Of a stretch of DNA of 64,000 nt, positions 38,909 to 46,297 are shown in pieces. The stretch lies in assembly GCA_963806855.1 (NCBI GenBank), contig CAWDYW010000001.1:544001-608000 (forward strand), given 5' to 3'. Both the position numbers and the translations under genes were made by a program. How positions within the stretch are numbered: the first letter of the stretch is position 1; each line of letters opens with the position of its first letter. The DNA comes from an uncultured Verrucomicrobiae bacterium. Lineage in GTDB: Bacteria; Chlamydiota; Chlamydiia; Chlamydiales; Rhabdochlamydiaceae. The notes below the pieces were generated by a model. It saw only the letters and a list, made by a program, of their open reading frames with translations, was not told the origin of the DNA and ran no database searches.

Positions 38909-40198
38909 GTGAAAAAACAGCATAGCATTCGTAAGTTCTGCGCAGATCTGCTGCGAGTCGTTTTGTGCGGCGCTTGCCCCTTATTTCTTTTGCTACTAAT
39001 AGCTCCCACCTCATCCTTTGCTGCGACCAATGCCTATGTGGCGAATAGTGTCGACAACAACGTCTCAGTGATCGATACGACCACCAACACAGTCATTGCC
39101 ACAATCACGGTAGGCGCTAGCCCCCATGGAGCTGCAGTTAGCCCGAATGGCATGACAGCCTATGTGACGAATTCTGGCAGCAACAATGTCTCAGTGATCG
39201 ATGCGGCCACCAACATGGTCACCGCCACAATCCCGGTAGGCCTTGATCCCCAAGGAGTTGTAGTTAGCCCGAATGGCGCGACAGCCTATGTGGTGAATGG
39301 TAACAGCAACTCCGTCTCAGTGATCGATACGACCACCAACACAGTCACTCACACAATCACGGGAGGCGGTGATCCCATTGGAGTTGCAGTTAACCCGGAT
39401 GGCATGACAGTTTATCTAACGAATGAAAGCGGCCACTCCGTCTCAGTGATCGATACGACCACCAATATGGTCACCGCCACAATCATGGTAGGCACTAATC
39501 CTTTTGGAATTGCAGTTATCCCGGATGGCACGACAGCTTATGTGGCGAACGAAATCGACGGCACCGTCTCAGTGATCCATACGGCCACCAATATGGTCAC
39601 CGCCACAATCCCGGTAGGCCTTGATCCCCAAGGAGTTGCAGTTAGCCCGGATGGCATGACTGCCTATGTGGTGAATGATGGCAGCGGCACCGTCTCAGTG
39701 ATCGATACGACCACCAATATGGTCACCGCCACAATCACGGTAGGCAGTGGTCCCGTAGGAGTTGCAGTTAGCCTGGATGGCACGACAGCCTATGTGACGA
39801 ACGAAAACGACAACACCGTCTCAGTGATCAATACGGCCACCAATATGGTCACCGCCACGATCACGGTAGGCTCTCATCCCGTTGGGATTGCGACTACGCC
39901 GCCACCTCCTCCTCCCTCACCACCAGAAAATCTCCAAGTAGTGGAAAAGCGCAACGACGTGATCTGGGAATATGAGCTGTTTAATATTTTGACATGGAAC
40001 GCGAGCCCATCCCCAGTAGCCAGCTACATAGTTTTTGCAAATGGAGAACAAATTGCAACAGAGCCCGCCGTCCCCAATCAATCTAGTTATAAGGTTGAGT
40101 TTAACAATGTTCCGAAAGGCCAGACCATCTATTCTGTCGTTGCTGTTAACTCGATGGGCATTCAAAGCTTACCCATTAGCATAACCATAAACAATTAA
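38909..40198 (+). CDS. Secreted YVTN beta-propeller + FN3-like domain, copy 2
   Basis: Signal peptide identical to copy 1; seven blades with different loop residues. Confidence 0.9.
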   Translation: MKKQHSIRKFCADLLRVVLCGACPLFLLLLIAPTSSFAATNAYVANSVDNNVSVIDTTTNTVIATITVGASPHGAAVSPNGMTAYVTNSGSNNVSVIDAATNMVTATIPVGLDPQGVVVSPNGATAYVVNGNSNSVSVIDTTTNTVTHTITGGGDPIGVAVNPDGMTVYLTNESGHSVSVIDTTTNMVTATIMVGTNPFGIAVIPDGTTAYVANEIDGTVSVIHTATNMVTATIPVGLDPQGVAVSPDGMTAYVVNDGSGTVSVIDTTTNMVTATITVGSGPVGVAVSLDGTTAYVTNENDNTVSVINTATNMVTATITVGSHPVGIATTPPPPPPSPPENLQVVEKRNDVIWEYELFNILTWNASPSPVASYIVFANGEQIATEPAVPNQSSYKVEFNNVPKGQTIYSVVAVNSMGIQSLPISITINN

Positions 40199-40211
40199 AT
40201 GAGGATGACCC

Positions 40212-40940
40212 ATGATTTTTAAGAAAAAGCGCACTGCATTTAATACCTTGCTTGGCCTGATGTTAACAACTTGTATGGCGGAAGGGATATGCGATGATCG
40301 TTCTGAATACCAAGACGGCAACAGCATGCAGCCTATCGATAATAGTTATGAGTACAAAGGCGACTGCTGCACACAGTCTATTGATAATTGCTGTGAGTAC
40401 CAAGACGATTGTTGCATACAGCCGATCGTTGAGGTAAAAGTGGGCTATTTCTTCTTTGCAAGCCATAGAATGCGCAAAGTCTATGATAAGGGAGGAATAG
40501 ATGTGCAGCTCAGCGCAACCTATCCAATATGGAACTGGCTACAGCTGTACGGCAGCGTAGAATATCTACAAAAACATGGGAGGTCGCTGGGTGGCCACCA
40601 AAAGACCCGGATATGGGCAGTACCGCTGAGTTTGGGACTACAGCCCGTGATCACAATCTGTTCCTCAGTGAACTATTATTTTACCGTGGGACCGCGGTAT
40701 ATCTTTGTCCATGCACATAATGACTCATCATTTCTCGACAGAAACAAAAGTCGGAATGGATGTGGCGGGTTTATCAATACCGGCTTTCATTTTTTCCCCT
40801 GGTGCAATCTGGTGATAGATGTATATGGCGAGTACTCGTACAAACGGATGCACTTTCACACTTCGAAAAGGAATGTATTTACAAGAGAAGTGCAAGTGGG
40901 GGGATTTGCATTTGGCGCAGGCCTCGGGTATGCCTTTTAA
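40212..40940 (+). CDS. Cys-rich small outer-membrane beta-barrel, copy 2
   Basis: Protein identical to 38006-38734. Confidence 0.8.
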   Translation: MIFKKKRTAFNTLLGLMLTTCMAEGICDDRSEYQDGNSMQPIDNSYEYKGDCCTQSIDNCCEYQDDCCIQPIVEVKVGYFFFASHRMRKVYDKGGIDVQLSATYPIWNWLQLYGSVEYLQKHGRSLGGHQKTRIWAVPLSLGLQPVITICSSVNYYFTVGPRYIFVHAHNDSSFLDRNKSRNGCGGFINTGFHFFPWCNLVIDVYGEYSYKRMHFHTSKRNVFTREVQVGGFAFGAGLGYAF

Positions 40941-41174
40941 GGGATTTTTCTCGACTCTCCACTACCAGAAAAGCCAGATCTATTTTTTATCAATGGATTG
41001 ATGGTTGAAATGCGAAAAGCTTTTTATGACAAGCTCTGAAGAGGTTTTCTGAGCAACACCACTGGCAACAATATACCCGCCTAAGCCTGCTGAAGGGTCG
41101 AGATAAAAAAGCTTCTTTTCTCCAGAATCAATCTGTTCCAAATATTCTTTAGGAACATTAAAATCGGTTTTTAT
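40939..41174 (+). repeat. About 236 bp direct repeat, copy 2
   Basis: Starts at the barrel stop codon; contains an orphan RlaP2 3' end. Confidence 0.9.
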
Positions 41175-41387
41175 CCAATCTGGGAGGCTTTTTTTATCAA
41201 ATTCATGGAAGTCAAATAGGCTATTTTGCTCATTAAATGGGCTTAAGTCCCATCCTGCTACCAAACTAAACTCCAATAAAACTTTATTGCCAGTTTCTGA
41301 TTCCGTTTGTATAAATAGATTGTCTTGATCCCGGTCATGTAAAAGACCAATCACATAAAAATCATGAAAAGAGATATTTTTATCCAT
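40980..41387 (-). CDS. Small acidic hypothetical protein, immunity-protein-like
   Basis: N-terminal SFHD, C-terminal LDPSAGLGGYIVA; 135 aa. Confidence 0.55.
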   Translation of the reverse strand: MDKNISFHDFYVIGLLHDRDQDNLFIQTESETGNKVLLEFSLVAGWDLSPFNEQNSLFDFHEFDKKSLPDWIKTDFNVPKEYLEQIDSGEKKLFYLDPSAGLGGYIVASGVAQKTSSELVIKSFSHFNHQSIDKK

Positions 41388-41464
41388 ATACTCAAAAGTT
41401 CCCCATTTCTGTGCAAGTCTCAGAAAGACTCATATGGCACGACAATGTGTAAAACGGTAGCATC

Positions 41465-41600
41465 TTAGCCCATACAAAAGTTGATTTCAAACATAAGGAT
41501 AGGAAAAACAAGCGAGTTTGAGCTCTTCCCTCTAGGGGGAAGGCTCAACTAGCTTTTTCGAATTCTATCTTTTGTTCAAAATTAACCATCTTTTGACAAA
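41465..41600. repeat. Degenerate palindromic element
   Basis: Imperfect arms around a gagctcttccc-tcta-gggggaaggctc hairpin; its 46 bp core recurs at 49246. Confidence 0.6.
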
Positions 41601-41999
41601 ATTCAAGCTTATTTTGATCTTCGACAGGAAATTTATATAATTATTTATTGAAACTTGACTGATTAAAGCAAAGCGAAAACTGTCCACTCTTGACTGGCTT
41701 TTTGAAGTACATCAATTTTCCCAATGGGGCGGGTCGCAGGACTACTCCGAGTGAAGTGGATCTGGCCCTGCATCATAATGAATCTGCGCTTCAATTTCAG
41801 GAAAACCATCATGGATTGCAAGCAGCCACAAAGGAATGGGTCTTTTAGGCTCGAAAATCGGTTGCTAAACCGAGGCTGCCCCTTGCCCTTTGGCGCTTCT
41901 GTTTTTCTCATCGCATGAAAAAAATAATCGATCAACACATTGTAGTTAAATTTTTCTTTTGTTATACCCTGAGTGCTGATTACAAATGCCAAGGGTACT

Positions 42000-44900
42000 A
42001 TGAATTGGAAAAAAACACTCACTTCACTTGTCTGTTTAACATCATCTTCAATTTTGTATTCAAATACAGATGTGGCAGATAGTGGCGACTTGCAATTCGC
42101 AATTATCGTTGCCAATGGTGGCGGAGATAACACGATTACTTTAACTGCTCCGATTGATTTAACTGTGCCTTTTGGAGAACCCAATTTGCGCCCAGTCAAT
42201 ACGAATGTTGCCTTCGCTCCCCTCGCTCAATCGCTCACAATCTTTGGTAATGGAAGTAATACCCCTATCTTGGGAGGCAATGCTTTTCGGGGCTTTCTCG
42301 TTAGAGGCGGGAGTCTGACGCTTAACAATGTGATGTTCTCTGGAACTGCCAGTTTAGGTGGTGCCGGAGGAAATTCTGGCGGTGGTGGTGGAGCTGGGGT
42401 TGGAGGATCTTTAATCATTGACTCAGGTGCAACGGTCACTGCGATCGATGTCATTTTCCAAGGCTCATCTGCTGTAGGTGGTGCAGGGGGCATAGGATTT
42501 GTCAACCCAGGTGCAGGCGGTGGCGGTAGTTTAGCGGGCAATGGTGGTCTAGGAGCTAGTCCCAATAATGGAGGCGGCGGCGGTGGTGGTTTGGATTTTG
42601 CTGGGGGCAGCGGTGCTGCTGATAATACTTTTGTGGGTGGAGGTGGTGGCGGCGTTGGACAAACGGGGGGCACAGGCACTGGGACAGGAGGTCTTGGAGG
42701 GGCAGGAGGAAACAACTGGGCAAATATGGGTGGAGGCGTAGCCCCATCTGGGCCTCCAGCACAAGGAGGTGCTGGCGGTGCTGGTGGCAACGCGGGGAGT
42801 CCACAGGGGGGTAACGCTAATGGTCTAGGACTTGCCGGGGGCGGCGGTGGGGGAGGCGCCAATGTTGGCCCTGTCTCTGCAGGTGGCAACGAAGTAGCAC
42901 TTCTCGCTAGCTCAGGTGGAATAGGAGGAGATTACGGAGGAGGCGGAGGAGGTGGCAGCGATGGAGGACCAGGAGGAGCAGGTGGTGGAGTAGTAGTAGC
43001 GCCTCCATATCCTGGCTTTTTAGGCGGTGGCGGTGCCGGTGGAGCGGCAACTGGCATAGCTTCTAATGGAGGAACTGGAGGCGTAGGAGGATTCGGCGGA
43101 GGCGGCGGTGGAGGTGGAGGAACTTCTAATATATTATTCACTTTTGGTGAGGGAGGTTCGAGTCCAGGTGCCTTTGGAGGAACTGGAGGCAATGGTGAGG
43201 TTAATCCGGGCGTTCCAGTAGGTCCCAGCTTCCATGGCCCAGCTGGCCGCAATGGTGAGGTTAATCTGATCGTTCCAGCATCTCCCAGCGGCGGCGGCGG
43301 CGGCGGCGGAGCTGGACTTGGCGGTGCGGTATTTATTCGAAATGGGGGAACATTGATTCTTCAGGGCACTGCTACTTTTAGTGGCAATACTGTGACTGGA
43401 GGTAGTGGCGGTGTAGTAGTGCCTCACGCTGGAGCAATCATTCCTGCAACTCCTGGAACGAATGGAGTTGCAGCAGGTACCGATATTTTCATGATGGCTG
43501 GTGGTACTTTGATTGTCGATAGTACGAGCAATATCAGCATCCCCGATCCCATTGCAGGCGATCTATTTGCAGGAGGGGGGACAGGAGGAGGTCTGATCAA
43601 GGAAAATTGTGCTCAGCTAACCTTGACTGGGGCAAATACCTACACAGGGATAACAGATGTAGAGGGAGGGGAGCTGACCATCAATGGCTCTATTCTCACA
43701 AACGTTATAGTTGCACCGGGTGCGATCATCAGTGGGAATTTTTCAACCACTGGAAGTATCGACAACGGCGGAATTATCTCTCCGGGAGTTGGAGGTAATG
43801 GCACCATTTCAATGGGAGCAAGCTTCACTAATGAAGCTACTGGTATCGTGCAGGTCGATATCACTCCCAATGGAGCAGTTCATGGTACTATCTTAGATGC
43901 CACTGGCGCGACACTCGACCCCGGAAGTACACTCGACATCGTTGTCAATGCCGGTAACTACATCGCTGGGACATCATATACTGTAATCAATGGTCCAGTA
44001 ACGGGGACTTTTGGGACGAATGTCTTTCAGACCGGTGCAAATGCCAATTTACTGAATATTGGAGTCTCTTATACCAATGGTGTCGTGCTCACCATCTTAA
44101 ATAACTTCATCTTCCAGAACCATGTGATCGACCCAGGCATACCAACAGCTGTTTCTAACTGCATCCAAGTGGCCGATATCAGCGGTGGATCGGACTTTGC
44201 ATCCGTGATCGAACAGATGGGGCTCCTTAGCGATAGCGCTGTGAATCAGGCCCTCTACAATATGTCTCCTGTCAACTATGGAGCACTCGATTGGATCAAC
44301 GCCCGCAACAACAACTATCTTGCCGACATCATCACCGAGCACCTATTTGAGCTGTGCTGCAGTCCAAGAGATTGCTGCGGCTGCAATTGCAATATGTCCG
44401 TTTGGCTCGATGTCTTCGGCAATCTGATGTACAATACGAAGCATTATGGCCACATGAACCGCTTCAAAGGCAAAGCTGTTGGGGTTGTGACAGGATTGGA
44501 CTACTGCTTCTGCGAAAATTATACAGTCGGAGCGGCCTTTGCCTATACCCATACCTGGCTACAGTGGAAAAAACACCATGGGCATGGAAACATTGATAGC
44601 TACTATGGAGTGCTATATGGTAACTATCAGGGCTGCTGCATCGACCTTGATATTTCATTAATCGGGGGCGGCAGCGATCATCATCTCCATCGAAGAATTG
44701 AGATTGATGGACCTGGCGTAATCACCACTGTCAACACCAATCTGTGTACCGGTGTAGATGGCGTGGTCACCACACCCGTCGATATCGATATCGATCGAAC
44801 AGCGAAAGGCGATCCATGGGGCTATTTCTTCACCGGACATCTGGGCATTAGCACAGACTGGGACTGGTGCTGCACTACTTTTGAACCTTATGCACTGGTC

Positions 44901-45299
44901 GATTACAACTACTTCCATCGAGAAGAGTTTAGAGAGCATGGAGCAGGGGGTCTCAACCTAAGTGTGAGAGAGCATATCCAGAATATGCTTCGAGGTGAGG
45001 CAGGACTTAGAATCTATCGCACCCGGCAATGTGACTGCTTTTGCTATGCTCCCTACATCGGCATTAGCTGGGTAGGAGAGTTCCCCCTTTCGCGCTCCAA
45101 GCAAAGGGCACATTTTGTGGGCCAGGACTGCACTTTCAGCGTCGGTAGCTACCACTCTGCGATTCAGCTCGTCTCTCCATCAGCGGGAATCAAGTTTACA
45201 AACAAATGCGGATTTTCATTCTCTGTTGGTTATAAAGGGCTTTACAATAGCAGCACCCACATCAATGAAATCGATACTGGTATAGAATGGATATTCTAA
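42000..45299 (+). CDS. Autotransporter (Pmp-like) with Gly-rich passenger and Cys-rich barrel
   Basis: Signal peptide, about 350 aa poly-Gly region, GGAVF/FSGN motifs, LTLTGANTYTGITDVEGGEL passenger repeat, C-terminal barrel ending EWIF. Confidence 0.88.
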   Translation: MNWKKTLTSLVCLTSSSILYSNTDVADSGDLQFAIIVANGGGDNTITLTAPIDLTVPFGEPNLRPVNTNVAFAPLAQSLTIFGNGSNTPILGGNAFRGFLVRGGSLTLNNVMFSGTASLGGAGGNSGGGGGAGVGGSLIIDSGATVTAIDVIFQGSSAVGGAGGIGFVNPGAGGGGSLAGNGGLGASPNNGGGGGGGLDFAGGSGAADNTFVGGGGGGVGQTGGTGTGTGGLGGAGGNNWANMGGGVAPSGPPAQGGAGGAGGNAGSPQGGNANGLGLAGGGGGGGANVGPVSAGGNEVALLASSGGIGGDYGGGGGGGSDGGPGGAGGGVVVAPPYPGFLGGGGAGGAATGIASNGGTGGVGGFGGGGGGGGGTSNILFTFGEGGSSPGAFGGTGGNGEVNPGVPVGPSFHGPAGRNGEVNLIVPASPSGGGGGGGAGLGGAVFIRNGGTLILQGTATFSGNTVTGGSGGVVVPHAGAIIPATPGTNGVAAGTDIFMMAGGTLIVDSTSNISIPDPIAGDLFAGGGTGGGLIKENCAQLTLTGANTYTGITDVEGGELTINGSILTNVIVAPGAIISGNFSTTGSIDNGGIISPGVGGNGTISMGASFTNEATGIVQVDITPNGAVHGTILDATGATLDPGSTLDIVVNAGNYIAGTSYTVINGPVTGTFGTNVFQTGANANLLNIGVSYTNGVVLTILNNFIFQNHVIDPGIPTAVSNCIQVADISGGSDFASVIEQMGLLSDSAVNQALYNMSPVNYGALDWINARNNNYLADIITEHLFELCCSPRDCCGCNCNMSVWLDVFGNLMYNTKHYGHMNRFKGKAVGVVTGLDYCFCENYTVGAAFAYTHTWLQWKKHHGHGNIDSYYGVLYGNYQGCCIDLDISLIGGGSDHHLHRRIEIDGPGVITTVNTNLCTGVDGVVTTPVDIDIDRTAKGDPWGYFFTGHLGISTDWDWCCTTFEPYALVDYNYFHREEFREHGAGGLNLSVREHIQNMLRGEAGLRIYRTRQCDCFCYAPYIGISWVGEFPLSRSKQRAHFVGQDCTFSVGSYHSAIQLVSPSAGIKFTNKCGFSFSVGYKGLYNSSTHINEIDTGIEWIF

Positions 45300-45308
45300 A
45301 ACCCTAAT

Positions 45309-45411
45309 TATACCGAAACAACCTGAAGAATCGGTTTGCGGCAAGGAGGCGGCACAAATTTTAGAGTCTGGAGCAAGCGACATTGTTCGAGAACAAGGGC
45401 GAGTTTGGTAT
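45309..45411. repeat. Probable internally deleted palindromic element, TATACC...GGTAT ends
   Basis: ataccgaaac / gtttggtat terminal inverted repeat; same end type as 4905-5073. Confidence 0.45.
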
Positions 45412-45624
45412 GAGCTAGACATTTCACGGATATCCTTCAAAAGTAGCCAAAGGCATTGCTAATCCCTAAATGTATATAGGTAAGATCAATGCTGCTGCTT
45501 AATTATATTATAATTTTTAATTACCGTCAATTATTTGTTAAATTATGATATTAAATTTTTTTATATGTGGTCAAAAATATGCTTTTTCAGCTAAAATATT
45601 ATAAAGGAATAATCAAGGTGATCC

Positions 45625-46254
45625 ATGAGACAGGTAATTGCTATATCAGGGTGCAGCGGCGGCGATCAAGGCCCCCAGGGGGTTTACTCCGAATTACAAA
45701 GTCGTTATCAAAATGACTCTCTAAGTATCTCTCCCTTAGATACTTCTCCAGATGAAATTGATGGGAATGTCGAAAAAGTGAAAGAGTTGGCTCGTGAAGT
45801 TGAGGGAGTCAAAGAGGTCTACTTAATCGGCTATTCCATGGGGGGTGTTATCGCTGCTCAGGCTGCTCATGAATTAAAGGGCAAAGTCAAGGGGCTGGTG
45901 CTCTTAAATAGTCAGATTGAAGGGTTGCAATACTTAAACGACCTTGATATTCCGGTTCTATTTTATCAAGGTAAGAAAGATGAAATTTTCCCTGGCTGGC
46001 AAATGAAATCGACTTTTCAAGGTTATAAGGGGCCGAAAAAATGGATCGCACTAGAAGGATTAGATCACGGTTTCAAGAATCCTCAGATCCAAGGCCGATA
46101 TACACGTACTTTAGCTAGTGAGCTTCATTCAGAAATGTCGAGCTTTTTCTTTGAAAAGTCGCACCAAAAAGAAGATGGAACTGAAGTCAATAAGAGCATC
46201 TCTGTCGATAATCAGGGCTTAATTCGTAAACTCTTGAGTTTTATTCCTTGGTAA
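45625..46254 (+). CDS. Alpha/beta hydrolase
   Basis: GYSMGG nucleophile elbow, QGKKDEIF Asp, GLDHGF His. Confidence 0.85.
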   Translation: MRQVIAISGCSGGDQGPQGVYSELQSRYQNDSLSISPLDTSPDEIDGNVEKVKELAREVEGVKEVYLIGYSMGGVIAAQAAHELKGKVKGLVLLNSQIEGLQYLNDLDIPVLFYQGKKDEIFPGWQMKSTFQGYKGPKKWIALEGLDHGFKNPQIQGRYTRTLASELHSEMSSFFFEKSHQKEDGTEVNKSISVDNQGLIRKLLSFIPW

Positions 46255-46261
46255 TGCGGTC

Positions 46262-46289
46262 TATACCCCTTTCAACTGGAAGGAGTATA
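46262..46289. terminator. Possible terminator hairpin between convergent genes
   Basis: tatacccctttc-aact-ggaaggagtata imperfect hairpin. Confidence 0.4.
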
Positions 46290-46297
46290 TTCTACCT

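Noticed and set aside
36838..39890. Diversity-generating retroelement acting on the propeller blades (NNC/NNT pattern)
   Set aside because: Synonymous third-position adenines (aca, gta, gga, gca, tca) stay conserved, and no template repeat or reverse transcriptase is in the window; selection plus gene conversion is simpler
41663..41970. 178 aa minus-strand ORF or gene remnant upstream of the autotransporter
   Set aside because: Overlaps the autotransporter start and has no recognisable motif
43150..43170. tRNA T-loop-like ggttcgagtcc
   Set aside because: Inside a CDS with no cloverleaf
42227..43252. Pro-rich minus-strand ORFs
   Set aside because: Antisense of the Gly-rich autotransporter codons
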